Source: Azolla caroliniana
Taxonomy: Eukaryota; Plantae; Polypodiophyta
Assembly (NCBI GenBank): GCA_043228905.1
Contig: JBHGNT010000003.1
Coordinates: 5,704,001-5,768,000 of the forward strand
Reading direction: 5' to 3'
Length of the DNA stretch: 64,000 bases
This document shows, one piece after another, positions 38,004-52,248 of the stretch; position 1 is the first letter of the stretch, and every line of letters begins with the position of its first letter. The notes under the pieces are model-generated. The model was given only the letters and a program-made list of their open reading frames with translations, had not been told where the DNA came from and ran no database searches. Position numbers and translations under genes: made by a program.

Positions 38004-41000
38004 TGGTCATGTCAAGAGTTCGAATCTTGACACTTTTGAGTGGTTTGAGTTGTCAAAGAATCTTGTGAAATTGTAAATTGAAATCCAACACAAGGTAGTT
38101 TGTCTACACCCTTAGCCTTTTCAAGACCCATACTGTTTGGTTTACCAGAAACAAGTTGCGTGAGAGATTATTGACAAGATTTGAATTACCAAATACTTGG
38201 AGTTGTTGATTGGCTCCACTTTCCGTGACACTTTGAGGCATTTCAACACCCAGCATATGTTGAATGTAAACAACCTTTTGCTTTGATTTTTCAGAAGAAA
38301 CCAAATTAACAGATGTAGGCAACGACAACTGTTGATTCTCCACAATGTTCAAGGGCGGTTGACCTACTACTAACCTCGAAAAGGACTTAAGCAACTGGAT
38401 GGAATGTAGATCTGTTTTTTCTAAGAAAGAAACTGGGTCAAGCCTCTGTTGAGGAAGATGGGATGATGAGTGGTCTAAAACATTCACCTCATTTGGACGG
38501 TCTTGTTCTACATATAGAGTAGAATACCTATTTTGTAAGGGAGGAAATTCCTTTAGACTATTACTAGCCACATGGTGAGGTTTATCATGATATACTTGTG
38601 AAGGTGTCTTCCTACACCCCACCTCAGTCCAACCATCAGATCTATCCTAAGATGACATTATATTTGTGATAGGGACATGCTTATCAGTATCTTTAATCAT
38701 TTTTGGGCAATTCTTTGACAAATGTCCAAATCCAAAACATCGAAAACATTGATTTGGTAGGCCCTTATACAAGATTTTCTAAGAAAAAGATTCTTGGCTT
38801 GGGTCAAGTAAATTGGGCAACAATATAGTTGAGGGTAGAACTGTTGTTTTAGAAATCAAAATTTTTGCAGACGCAACTCCCATTAACTTTTCTTCGACCT
38901 GACGAGGCTTATCATAGGTTTCCAAAACCGTACCAATATTACTAGCAATTAGATGCACGTAAGGCATCCATTCTTTACACAAATTGGGAAATACCACCAT
39001 ACATGTATGACATAACTCTAACTCATGAAATACCTGATTTGCGAAGAAGTTGTGAATCCATTTATGGAAGGAGACCCATCCTCCCTTAACTGCTACAGCT
39101 TTCTTCTCCAGCAAGATCGGCACCATTCGTTCCTGCTCGAATTCTATCTGATAACAATTCTGTCCAAGCATTTGTATATCTGTGATGTTATCAATCTCTT
39201 GTTTCAATGCCGCTTGCAACAATAAACGAGGGTCGGCACGTCGAGGACGAATGCCCAAAACATGTGCAATGACATTCTTCTTCTCTATACGTTGTATCTC
39301 TCTTACTACTTGTGCTTGATCCTGTTCTGACGATAGGAGCTTTACCGCGTTGTTCAAAATAGGCGAGATGTCTGGATTTGCTACACTCGAGCCCCGATTA
39401 GATTGTTCGCAATGACGCAATACCAACTCCTGATTCACATGTGTATCGATGAAGACCGTCGGCTTTTCTTTAATTATTATGGCGGACACAACAGCCCCTA
39501 AACCTGCCATGACAGGATTTAAACACGCATCAACAACAGCAAGCTAAGCGGCGGCAACAGGCTAGATGGCGGTTGGTTGTGTGGCGGCACTCTAGGCGGA
39601 GATGGGGTGAGTGTCAACAGATGTAGTGTTGTTTTGCTGAGCGATAGCATGTATGGTTGTTGTAGGCTAAGTATTGGCAAGCACTATATCGTTCTTCATC
39701 GTCTCCATCTCTGTTTTCAATATCATGTATCTTCTATTCTGAATGTAACTGATTGGTGAAGAGACTTACGTATAAATTGTCTCCTATTTTGTGATTGGAT
39801 ACTTCCAAATTGACGATGAACTCCTCCACCACTAAAATAGGCATCATTGATGAGGTACACCATTCTTTGTCCCCTCCTAAAATCGAGCACAATGTCTTTG
39901 CTTTACAAAGTTGAATCTTCCATGACATTAAGATCGAAATATGACAAATATTCTATCCTCTTCTCATCTTCTTTTTCCATTTTGGCATTGATGAGGATCT
40001 CAACATTGACGACCTTATATGAGAGCTCATGGTGATGTTTTATTGAAAACGATCTTTGATGTCTTGGCCAGGCTAGTACAAATGTTTTGGGAATTATTAA
40101 CAATATAATGATGGGGGATCAATTATCTATCATGCTCCTAAACAATAGTGTTGTAATTATGTGTTTCATAGTTATGTTAAATATGAGTGTGATGTTACAT
40201 AACATAATTTCATGAATTCATGATAAGCATGTTAGGACAAAAAGAAAATGATAGGAATCAAGAAGCAATATAGCCATCTCTAAAAGAAATATCTTCATGT
40301 CTTTCCCTTCCCACACACTTACTTAATCATAATCATGCCGTGTCGACAGTCACAAAGTATAGAATGATAGAAAGGAGATGATCCAACCAATCATACATAG
40401 CTTTTTAACATTATGGTAGTTATATGTATGGAAAGGTTGCACCTTGTTAATTGGGATGCACCTTTTCAAAAGTCAAGGGTTTCCCTTTTTCTATTTACCA
40501 TTTAATTAATGGTTTTATTTCAACACCCCCCCACCCCCACCCAAATATTCTAAATAGTTTGCATGTCTTTGTAATCCTAAATTTTCACAAGAAGCAGGTA
40601 GAGCCTTTGTTCAACTCCAACATATGAGAATATCATAATTCTTCTTTTGGCTGCCATGTGACTATTGCACATGCAATTATTAAAGAAAAACTAGTGGCCC
40701 ACTTATCATTACACATTATTAATTGGGTTGCACAGTTTTCCTTCTTTTATTACTTTATCTAACTAATTAGTTGATTTCATCTATTGATAAATTGATAGTT
40801 TGTAAGTCTTAATCCTAAATTTTTACAACAGGTAGGTAAAGCCTTTGTTTGTCTTTTCAAATAAGAGTGTCACGATTCTTTTTCTTTTGATTACCATGTG
40901 ATAGTTGCTATTGACATTATAAAATAAAACTACCAATAGATCTTATGCAAGAATCAATGCCTCCCCTCTCAAGTCCAAATCAAACGACCAACTAATGATA

Positions 41001-41630
41001 TGATTGGTCTTTCGTATTCAGACCATTTATGTTTTATGCAAAAGTTAAATGTGTGTTTTAAATCTTGTATAGCTCTTTGAATTGATTTCAAATGCATTAA
41101 ATTTTTGTTATGCATAAAGCATGAGGAATAGTCAATTGCAAAACAAAGGTAAGGACAAGTTCCTATAACTTAATATTGAGGCTTTCCTATTAATTGTTAA
41201 AAATGTAATTGCTTTATAAAATCAATATCTTATGTCATTGTTGGATTACATGATGCATTCAATTTACATGTTAGGAACAATATATTAGTAAGAGGTTTAA
41301 TGTTTAGCACATCAAATGTTTTTAAAATTTAAGAATTTATTTTGATGAATAAGATAGAGGACCTAAATCTTTAATTGAACATGCATCGAAAATCTCTAGC
41401 TTTGCTTGGTGATTTCAAATGTTGTTCAAACTTCACACTATAGGAATGTCTTCCACATATAGCGTGACTACTGTTAGTTGATTAGATCTATGATTATCTT
41501 TAGTGTGCATATTTGGTTCAAAAAATTGTCTACAGTAGTCTTGCGAGAGCATGACAAACATGACATAGTTAATTATTTTTTAGGAGATTTTGTACTTCCA
41601 TAGATGGATTGAGAGAGCCAACAAACATAG

Positions 41631-43936
41631 TTTTTTTTTTCTTCAAAGATTTTCCTCAGTAGTATTAAGAAAAAACATGTAAATGCTACAACTTAAACTT
41701 GTGTGCCAAAAAGCTTACAATTTTTCACGTACAATGATATACTATAATCCTAAGACCAAAGACAAGACTTTGTAAATGGTGTTGAAATTTGTTGATGCAC
41801 TCTGTTGTGATTCATTGGTATTCAAGAAAGGGTCCATGGGAGTTGATAGTTCCATTGAGGCCCTTGAGTTGACTCTATAAATAGGGGTAACTTTTTCCGT
41901 AAGTGAAGGAGCTTCTTCTTTCTCTTGTTCACAGTCTTTGGGGAACCTTGCATGTTGTCATACTGGACGCGAACTACTACCAACAAGTTCTCCCATATCT
42001 CAAGTAAGACATCTGAGAGGCGTTGATTTGCCACATCATAAAGTTGGTTGCATGGACATTTCCATAATGCCCATAGCGTTATTGTAGTCACTGTTTTCCA
42101 TATCTAGACAGATCACACCTACTTTCGAGGTTGCTGAAAGGGGCTGACTAATATCAATATTCTATTATGTACCATCATTGCCTCCTAAACATTGTTTGCC
42201 TCATACAACATCAAACTGGAATGTAGCACTCCCCACATCGTTGATCCCCATGAAAATAGGCAGCCGACATTGATTGTTAAAAATAATGAAAGAACTTTAT
42301 TACATACTTGTTGAGCCAAGGGACAGGACCAAAGTGCATGCTTGGCAATCTCCTAAGCTTCATGACCGAAGGCACATTGTTGAAGATTGGGTGTTACATT
42401 CCTTTTCAATGAGTGACCAACTGGTAAGGCCATATGCACTAATAGCCATTTGAAGAGAATAAATTTAGTTGGCCCCTTGAATGATCAAATCCATCTCCAG
42501 TAGGTTTTCAAATGCAAAGTTGAGACCCCCAACTGGTCCAATGTTTCTGAGCTGCTAGTATCCTTGCATTCCGAGAGAGCAATAGTGCTCTTTCAAGTTT
42601 TACTGAGTATTGAAAGAAGGGAACCTTTATGATTTGTTCCCCCAAGGAATGTGACCAAAACCAAGCCCTTGGATCCCATGTTAATCTTGCAATCAGGTCT
42701 TTTGCATATAACAACATATCACACATAGGAGCAATTGAAGGATAAGGATCAAGCATCCATTTCTTTCCAATTTTAGCAACCACTCTGATTGGTGCACTTC
42801 ACAAGTGTTGTAGATAATTGCACTCAAAGGTGTAAGGTTGTAATGTATGATTGTCTAGGACCTGAAAATAAGAAGTGCACTCGTTAAGAGAAACACCCTT
42901 GACAGCCATAAATGTGTCATTTACGAAGCATCCAAACCACATATGTTCCTTCCTTGGTTGAAAGGTTGTAGAAAACGAAGAATATGTTGATGATATGCTA
43001 GCAGTCATTACCTTGGCACCATGAACAGATTGTAAATATGTAAGACGATCTTCTTGTGACATTTGCTGAAATTGAGTCCAAGTTCTTACAAATGCAACAG
43101 GCTTGTTATCCAGTTTTCCCTAGGCAAGGTGAGTCCTCAAGCCCAACACTTTTCCTGCATTATCCCAAAATAAAGAATTGGCAAGAAGAGGCTGATTAAG
43201 TAGTGCATCCCACGTAGAAAGCTTGTCCTTAAGCAAGAACGACTTAATCACATCCCATGCCCTTATGATTCCTAGCAAAAATCTATTGGATGCAAGATCT
43301 TGCCTTGGTGTTTGTACATCATTCAAGAATAACCACTTTAAAGAGGGTGACCAAACACCACATGTCTTAGGACTTAATTGCATCAACTGATTTAGAAATA
43401 TCCCTTTCCAAGCTTTTGATCCTGGTAGCAATCCTCTGATCACAAACTTAGTCAAAAGGGCGCATGACTACATTAAAGGATCTATCAAACCCAACCCTCC
43501 ATTGCTTTTGGATTGGATTAACACATTCCAAGCAACTTTGGCTACTGTTGGAGATCCCTGTTTTCCCCCCCAAAGGAATTTTTTTATTTTGGATCAAACT
43601 TTGCATTTTCGTTGTTGTAGATCTAGAAAATAACCAAACAGATGTTATAAACCACATTGAAACCAGCAATACAGAGTTTGCTGCTACAAACCGACCTACA
43701 AAGGATAATTGTTGGGCATCCCAGTGTAGTGGTTTACATTTTATTGACAATAGTAATGGTGATAGCATTGCTTCTGACCGCAAATCTATATCAACCATAC
43801 ATCCCAAATAACGAACTGGTTCACCATGATGAAGCCATCGGAAAGAAGGACATGGATACCATGTAGGGTGAGTTTCTTCACCTACCCAAAGTCCAATTGA
43901 CTTGTTCTAGTTAAGTGTAGCACTTGTAGCATCTAC
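41631..43936 (-). mobile_element. 5'-truncated LINE copy of the 25761-39773 family with TSD
   Basis: Colinear with 25761-28060. Poly(T) at 41631-41640. TSD CCAACAAACATAG(TTT) at 41618 and 43937. Confidence 0.9.
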
Positions 43937-45448
43937 CCAACAAACATAGTTTGGTTGAGAAATTGACTCAAATCCAAGGAGTTATGGCATGTAAATTTCT
44001 TAATGGTAGGTCATAATGCGAGAATTCTATTTATATATCCAAATAATGTACCTTAAGGTCAAGAATGGTGACTAGAGACATAACAAATCAGAATGATGCC
44101 CTATGAAAAAGGAGTAAGAATGGTTGAGAATAGTTGAGTCCTTCTACTCGAGAGAAACCATGAACCATAAGTTCAGCTTTGTAACGTGCAATAATACTAT
44201 GTGGGTGTAGTTTTGTCATCAACACCCAATTTCATGAGATAGGTGAGTGGCCTATAGCGAGTGGTACTAGAGTCCATGTTTTGTTAGGATAGTGAGTTCA
44301 CTTTCTTTCTCTAGGGCCGCTTTCCATTCAACACTATTCAACCTTTGCAATGCATAATCGATAGTTAGTGGATAGTCAAATAACGTTTAATGTGATTGAG
44401 GGGGAGTTGAGTGCAGAGAGATGGGAACATGAATAATCAAGTTGAATTAAGTATGTTTTGCCAAAGCTTTGAAGTATTTGGACGAAGTTTAATGATCTTT
44501 CCCGTTTGGGAATAATTTGTATTTATAATTGGAATATGTGGTTCACTTTGTTGTGCATATTTGGTTATTTGAAGCGAGAAACTAGAGTGTCACTTGTTAA
44601 AGAGGAGTTACGGTCATTAGTTAAAGGGAAAATGTGTGGTTGGGCCTTTAATGATGAGAACATTGATGGAAGGTGGTTAACATGCATTTGGTCAATTGTG
44701 ACTTCTTGGCTTTCCAAGGAAGTGTGTGGATCCCCCCACCAAGAAGGACTAATTGATGGTATGTATTGTTTTGTATGGTACTTATTTCTTCTATATTTTC
44801 TAATCGGGTGTGAGTGAGTATGAGATATTGGGCTATCTTCATCCACTAAACATAAATTGTCTAGCTTTCGGGGTTATATAACCGATAACCCTTCTAGCCA
44901 CGAGGTTCGGCATACCCAAGACATATGGTTAGACTAATGTGGTTGTCTAATTTAGGCGAGATATACAAGGGTATAAGAGGATAAGTTGGCAAGGAGAACG
45001 ATATGAGAACTATGCATGTGTATCCCCGACCCTCGAGAATCAGAATATTTCGGCCTGTCCCTTCTCGATTTGTCTGGGATTTGTCCGTCCGTTTGATCCT
45101 TAGTCCTCTCTGGGGTGAAACTTTGTCCAAGAGCACTTCATTGTGAAATAAGAAGGCACTTTAGCTCAATTAAAGAAATGACACAATTCAACACCATGAA
45201 AAGGACCACAATTAAATGACTGTGAAGAGATTTTAACTCTTTCTGTGAATTCTTATCTTCTTCTTCTACTTCTACTTCTCCTCCTCCTCTGTTCTGCTTC
45301 CCTGTTCTGCCTCCCTCTCTGCTGCTTTCTTTCTCTTTTCCACGGAATTAAAGCCAACAGGAGCACAAAACAATCGCCCACATGCATATTTTGTCACAGA
45401 GCTCCATGAATCAGTGACATATGCGTGTGGGACCATAAAACAAAGAAA

Positions 45449-46642
45449 ATGATAGGGACCAAGAAGCATGTCCATCTCCACAAGAAAGACCTTCAACAGA
45501 CTCCCTCCCAGCCCACTCGTCAGAATCAGAATCAGAATCAGAATCACAGACCACCGGCTCTACCAAGGCGAACTCGATACACCGTGGTACTGCTGTGTGG
45601 AATCCTTGCTTCAGTGCTCATGTTGTCTCTGGTTTATATAAAATGGGAGACCATCGGTTACGCCTTACGGCCGGTGTGGGACAATACCCCTAGGCCATTC
45701 CAACACATCCCTCACTACTATGCACCTAACATATCTCATTCACTCCTTTGCTCGATGCATGGGTGGTCCGTCCGCACACATCCAGCCAATGTGTTCGATG
45801 CCATCATCTTCAATAATGAGCTAGACCTCCTTGAGATTCGCATCCGCGAGCTCGAGCCATTCGTCACCAAATTCGTCATCCTGGAGTCCAATTCCACGTT
45901 TACAGGCATCCCGAAGCCCCTCTGGCTCTCGGAAAATGCCGAGAGGTACGTGTTTGCAAGGGGACAGATGTGGCATGAGCGGATGGGCGGACGGAAGTTG
46001 AGGAGTAAAGAAGACCCATTTGTGCTCGAGCGTGCCCAGCGGAAAGCCATGGACGATGTTCTCAAAAGGGCCGGTATCCGAGAGGGAGACCTTGTCATCA
46101 TGGCAGATGTGGATGAGATACCTAGTGGGCATACCATAGACCTGCTCAGATGGTGCCATGGCATCCCTGAAGTCATGCATTTGGAGATGAATTCTTACCT
46201 CTACTCCTTTGAATTCTGGGTGGACAAAGGCACATGGAGGCCAAGTGTCCATATCTATAAACCTTATAATACCCTATATGGTCATTCAAGGCGCACGGAT
46301 TTGATTTTGGCCGACTCCGGGTGGCATTGTAGCTTCTGTTTTAGGTATATCGAAGACGTTGCCTTTAAGATGCAGGCATATAGCCATGCTGACCGCGTGA
46401 AGTCACCGAGCTTTCTTGACTCGAGCCGAATTCAAGAAGTTTTATGCAATGGAAGTGATCTATTCAACATGTTGCCTGAGGCTTATACTTTCAAGGAGCT
46501 AGTGTCTAAGATAGGTCCAGTGCCCAAGTCATATTCTGGTGTCAATCTGCCATCTTTCTTGTTAAAGAACCATGAGAGGTTCAAGTTCTTGCTACCTGGG
46601 AATTGTATTCGAGAAAAACGTGAGAATTCTCCACCCTCGTGA
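45449..46642 (+). CDS. Glycosyltransferase family 17 (beta-1,4-N-acetylglucosaminyltransferase III-like), type II membrane protein
   Basis: Intronless ORF; the first in-frame ATG is at 45449. TM segment VVLLCGILASVLMLSLVYI; motifs FDAIIFNNELDLLEIR, ESNSTFTG, DxD in MADVDEIPS, GWHCSFCF and KMQAYSHADR. Confidence 0.92.
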   Translation: MIGTKKHVHLHKKDLQQTPSQPTRQNQNQNQNHRPPALPRRTRYTVVLLCGILASVLMLSLVYIKWETIGYALRPVWDNTPRPFQHIPHYYAPNISHSLLCSMHGWSVRTHPANVFDAIIFNNELDLLEIRIRELEPFVTKFVILESNSTFTGIPKPLWLSENAERYVFARGQMWHERMGGRKLRSKEDPFVLERAQRKAMDDVLKRAGIREGDLVIMADVDEIPSGHTIDLLRWCHGIPEVMHLEMNSYLYSFEFWVDKGTWRPSVHIYKPYNTLYGHSRRTDLILADSGWHCSFCFRYIEDVAFKMQAYSHADRVKSPSFLDSSRIQEVLCNGSDLFNMLPEAYTFKELVSKIGPVPKSYSGVNLPSFLLKNHERFKFLLPGNCIREKRENSPPS

Positions 46643-48091
46643 TACCTCTGTTCTTTCAGATTGGAGTGAACATGTTTTTCACATATAACTATCATTCATG
46701 GACGTATAGATAAAGAGGAATACTCTGGAACATGCTACATACAACATGGAAACACTTATGATACTTGGATTTTGGTTTTCATTCAGCATGTCAAGTATCT
46801 ATTCCATTGGATTTCAAGTGAATTACCAATGCATATATGCAATTTTTTTGTTAGCAATGCTCATGGAGTGACAAATTTTCAGTGGCACTTGTGGTGAAGG
46901 GCTTTCCTAGCTTGCTAATACCAGTATTAAGGCTCAAGCAAGCTAAGTGATCACAAGTTCAACGTGTTATGATGGAATAACATGCTTGTTTCAAGTATCA
47001 AATATCTTGAACAAAGTATTCTGTTGTCCAGTATCCAAGTGTACTCTGTTTTGTTGAGCTTTGAAATATCCGAGTCTAGGATCATCATGTATACTGTATC
47101 TTGTATCGAATTGAACTAAATCAGTTTTGAACAAAATATCTTCTCCTTCTCCTTCTTCTTCTTCTCCTTGTATTTCTCATAAATCTGGTCATCTGCTTGC
47201 ATACATCCTGATTCAACTTGTATTGATCAAGTTGTTATAAATATAGATATATGAGCTGTTATAAAGTGTTGTCATGGTATTGGAGCTTGCAAATCTGTCC
47301 ATTAACATCTATCAAAACAGAGGAGAGATTACAATTTCCTGTTATGATGCTCTTGTCTTCTAGTTTGGGATAGAAATGAAACTTTGTTTAAGGCACCAAA
47401 TTTATCGCATAGCTAGGCTTGTCTAGATTCACAACTTGATGCTGCCTGTGCAAAGATTAAGGCTCCTGGTATTTCAGATTTTTTTTATTATAGGGTGAGA
47501 AATGAGGTTCTAATGAGGTTTGTGACCATTTGCTAGCCAGAGATGTTCATTATTCTCTTGACTAGGTTAAGTGTAGCAGAGCCATGGAGAGCTTGGTACT
47601 TTTGCTACTGATATTACTTGCAGCTCATCGGTAGACTTCCTTGGCAATTTTCAATGGTGCTCTTTGAAAACGCCCTACAAGCGAGATTACTTTTGACATT
47701 ACCATTTACAAAGCTTGGAAAGAATTTTTCAAACCCTTCTTTCTACTATCAATAGAGTGAAACCAGTAATTCTGCTAGTATTAGAAACTATGTCATCCAA
47801 ATCATGGCATCTTGAAGGTATACTAATCTATTGGACTTATTGATTGGAAGAAAATTGATTAGCTAATGAGGAAAGTACGCAAATGTTGTTGTGCTTAAAT
47901 TTATCTGCATACAAAGATTGAAGGCTAAACTGACAATATCACTCTGATTGAAGTCCAATTCCAATCTAAAATATTCTCAGAGCCTTATTCAATATCAAGT
48001 GTGGCCATGGGAATAAATTTGACCTTCTGGAAAGAACAATGAAATACCAGAGCCTAGACCCTCAAGAGAAACAATATCCAGAGTTAAACTT

Positions 48092-48214
48092 AGGGAATTG
48101 GTAAATTCACAGTTTTTTCTGTATTTTCACAGTTTTTTTTTAGTTCAGAAATATGATTACAAATGATAGGAAGATTCCATCCCCCCAAAAAAACTGTGCA
48201 TTTACCAATTTCCT
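48092..48214. repeat. Small inverted-repeat element (MITE-like)
   Basis: AGGGAATTGGTAAATTCACAGTTTTTT pairs with AAAAAACTGTGCATTTACCAATTTCCT (27-bp arms, 2 mismatches). Confidence 0.6.
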
Positions 48215-49965
48215 TTTTTTACTTTCCAAAGCAAAACATTAGATAGATGAAAAAGCAAGAATATAATTTACAAGCCAAACAATCTTAATGGATAAAAACA
48301 CATTTTTTTGAGCAAGAGAGAATGTTTTTAGTTTCCAAAGCAAAACATTAGATGGACAAGTGCGAACGTACTTTACAAAGCAAATAATCCCATTTTCCCA
48401 AGCAAGAGAGCTTCGTGATATTTGGTTCCCTTTACATGCAATAATTATTGACTCACAATTGTTCCTCTCTAAAGGACATGACTACTTTTGTTCACGGATA
48501 AAAAGATGGGTGGATAGGCAAGCTCCACTTCAACCAAAACAAAAACAAGAACAAAACAATGGACTGAAAAATAGGACAATTCTTTGAGTTAAAGATTCTT
48601 ATGGACACTATTGAAGAAGTTGAGCAAATCTCCCATATGACTTGTGGGAACTTGAACAATTATACAAATCAAGGAAAACTACTAGTTTGGCATGTGTACA
48701 AATATAGCGCACAATGTTAAGAGTTGTGACAAATGCCAAAGATATTCCAAAAAGCTAACATAGGGATGAGCTATATATTATGCCACCAGTGACCACAACA
48801 TTGATGCGATGCCCCCCTTTTTGGTAAAACGCGTTGCATTGAGGATCTTCGTATTTCGGTATCCATGTTACCAATTTCTTTCTCTCTACCATATGAGAAT
48901 CATCGTTATGAGATAAAGGAGCTTTTGCGAGAAATGGGAGCATGAATAATTAATGTGAGTTAGGTGTATTGTGCCCAAAGGTTTCACCTTACGAATAGTT
49001 GGATGAGGATTAGAGATCTTTATAGTTTAGGAATAATAGGTATGTATAATTGGAATATGTGGTTCACTTTCGTATGAATACTTGCAATTTGCCATTGCCG
49101 CACATTGTTGTCTATGTCCTGCTCGGGTTGCCAACCCTTTTGGAAAAAATAATTTTTTTGAAACCTGAACCAAACCGAACCGAACCCATTTTAAGGAGAA
49201 CCTCATCCCTCTTTTATTGATGATGTATGTCACACACGCACTTTCACCCAGAGTTGTATGTCTTCATTGCCATTTTATGCTTCCCAATATTCTCATGCAT
49301 CTTGCATACTCCATGCCCAACATGTTCATGATCTATTCCTAAGTGAAGCTTACATGTTTTCATGGCATTGAACCTTGGGAAATCCAAACTAAGTTGGTTG
49401 ATAGTTTTTTCAATGACACTTCATGACCACCCTACCATTGAATTTCAATTCACCATCCTTGATATTCATGGAGTGCTCCACAATCCATAAACAATGCTAT
49501 TTTTCATGCCCAAAATCCTTCTATGATCCCTAACCCCATACCAACTACCACAAGCTCTTCAAGGCAATGATGGGTGGCACTATATCGAGATCCTTGAGGA
49601 GCTACCTCATATCCTTCGAGCCCTTCACCAAATTCTTCACATGATAGCCCAAAACAACATAGAAGGGGTGAAGTAATGATTTATCTTTTGGGTGTGGAGC
49701 CTCTCTCTTCCACTTTTTGCCATGCACTTCCTATCATATCACTTGGTGGTTGACATGGTTCCTCTGTGCCACGTTCCAAATAAATCCTTTATTAGTGTCA
49801 TATAACTGTTACATTGAACGGTTCATTATAGTGGACCTTGCTTTGGAACGTTTGGGCCTCCCTGCATTCTTTCATCACGTCTAGGAAGAACAATTCAAGG
49901 AAACAAAACGATATACTTCTAAATTCTAATATAGCCACCTTTGCACCATTAGACAATCTACATCT

Positions 49966-51708
49966 TGTTGGGAAACAGGTCCCTCCGGATAGGAAGAGCA
50001 CGAGCAGGATCAAATGGATAGCTAACTTGGCTGAGGCCGAAAAATCGAATGACCGATAATCGAACGATAATTTATCGACCGAATCTGATTGGGCTATATT
50101 TGTAAATAGCCTACATGTGCCCATTAAGGCTGTATTTGTAAATAGTCATTTAATATATGAGTATAAATATACTTAGGGTAAGTAGTCAGATTGTTATGAT
50201 TATTATTGTTGTACAAGTTACGGTGTGTAGTTGGCTCTATAACTAGAGTGAGAGAATGTGTGAGAGAGTTGTAACTCTATTGCCGTCTGTCAGACGAAGA
50301 AGATCTCAAGGTCATTGCCTTGAGATTCTTACTTGTGTATTTTCATCTCGATATAGTCATTCACTTCGGAGTGTGTGGGCTCTCGTGGTTTTTCCCATTT
50401 AGGGTTTTTCCACTTGAAATCTTGTGTCTTTGTACTTGAGTTGTCCGTCCTATGTTTTTCTTGTCATCTCGATCAGTGCATCCACATACGCACACAAGTG
50501 TTAACCGGTTGTGGCCGGTAGTAACAATCGGCAACAGTTTAGTTCGGTTTGAGAGGGTCCAAACCGAACTGGTTTGGAACCGAACCGTTTAATTTTTTTG
50601 AAACCTGAACCAAACCAAACCAAACCCATTTTAAGGAGAACCTCATCCCTCTTTTATTGATGATGTATGTCACACATGCACTTTCACCCAGAGTTGTATG
50701 TCTTCATTGCCATTTTATGCTTCCCAATATTCTCATGCATCTTGCATACTCCATGCCCAACATGTTCATGATCTATTCCTAAGTGAAGCTTACATGTTTT
50801 CATGGCATTGAACCTTGGGAAATCCAAACTAAGATGGTTGATAGTTTTTTCAATGACACTTCATGACCACCCTACTGTGTGTAATTGGCTCTATAACTAG
50901 AGTGAGTGAATGTGTGAGAGAGTTGTAACTCTGTTGCCGTCTGTCAAACGAAGAAGATCTCAAGGTCGTTGCCTTGAGATTCTTACTTGTGTATTTTCAT
51001 CTCGATATAGTCATTCACTTCAAAGTGTGTGGCCTCTCGTGGTTTTTCCCATTTAGGGTTTTTCCACGTTAAATCTTGTGTCTTTGTACTTGAGTTGTCT
51101 GTCCTATGTTTTTCTTGTCATCTCGATCTTTGCATCCACATACGCACACGAGTGTTAATTGGTTGTGGCCGGTAGTAACAATCGGCAATGGTTCGGTTCG
51201 GTTTGGAACCGAATTGTTTGATTTCTTTTAAACCTGAACCGAACCGAACCAAAAAACCGTTAAACCGAACCGTTAAACATTTTTTCAAACCGTTAAACCA
51301 TTAAACCGTAAAAACCGCGGTTTCATAGTTCAGTTTCAGTTTCCAACATAGGTCAAATTTTTAATTTTTTTAAAATTTATAATATTTCATTATTTAGAAT
51401 TTTTAAAATTTTTAAGATGTTCCTAAAATGTGAGAATAAGGTGTATGAAAAGATTGTTTAAAAACAATTTTTAGAATTTTTTAGAATTTTTTTAAATGTT
51501 TTTAAAAAATTAAAAATAAAAAACCGTTTAACCGTTTAAACCACAGTTTTTGACTATTGAAACCAAACTGAAACCGAACCGAACCGTTTAAAAAAACCTA
51601 AACCTGATCCGAACCGTTGAAACCCTTAAGCTGTTAAACCACGGTTTCGCGGTTCGGTTCGGTTCAAACCGAACCGTTGCCGATTGTTAGCCAGTAGTAT
51701 CCTCTACA
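49966..51708 (+). mobile_element. Solo Copia-type LTR with 5-bp TSD, internally duplicated and carrying a MITE
   Basis: TGTTGGGAAACAGGTCCCTCCGGAT...CTACA, flanked by CATCT at 49961-49965 and 51709-51713. Confidence 0.75.
51176..51689. mobile_element. hAT-type MITE
   Basis: TIRs TAACAATCGGCAA/TTGCCGATTGTTA, 8-bp TSD GCCGGTAG/GCCAGTAG and dense AACCG subterminal repeats. Confidence 0.85.
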
Positions 51709-52248
51709 CATCTTGCTTACCTTGAGGATCCATGTGTCAATCATACTCAAATGGTCCAAGACTTGAAATGCCAACAAAACTAATGGCCATCAAAACCACT
51801 TTAATGTTTCATTCCCTAGTTGATTCCATTGTAGGTCGTCGACCATGCATCACTCAAAATGCCTCCCCACTTGATCATGTTCCCATTCCATATGACTCCT
51901 TATCTTACCTAAATGTAGGGATAACCTTGAGCCCAATTTCAGTAAAATTAAGTATTGCTCCTAATGTTCTGCTTCAATGCCCATATACATTCATCATCAC
52001 CATGGTTTTCCTTGCAATCATTGACCCTTTACCCTCCACCACTCCTCCATCCACACCTCTAGCACCCCTTGGCTCAAAGCATATGAAAAGGATCACCAAT
52101 GCATTCAATAGCTCAAGGTGGGAAACAAAGACTTCAAGGCTCACTTGGCAACAAAACATGTTCAGCTGCTAAGTTTAGAGAGGCCAACCACCACACTTGA
52201 CCATATTGCGTGCCTCAACTTCCCATAATCACTTCCAACACTTGCTCA

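Larger units (their letters stand above)
25761..39773 (-). mobile_element. Full-length degenerate L1-like LINE with 12-bp TSD and nested insertions
   Basis: TSD AAATTGTCTCCT at 25750-25761 and 39774-39785. ORF1 38779..39510 is followed by CFRCFGFGHLSKNC; endonuclease VGGDFNMI and SRLDIFY; RT WRPITLLN, LDFEKGYDKVDW, QGCPLA and FADD; T-rich tail at 25761. Confidence 0.88.

Noticed and set aside
48755-48943. Short ORF with EDPQCNAFY..GG...VVTGG resembling an M48 peptidase segment
   Set aside because: No HExxH motif or supporting exons were found, and the similarity is too short to trust.
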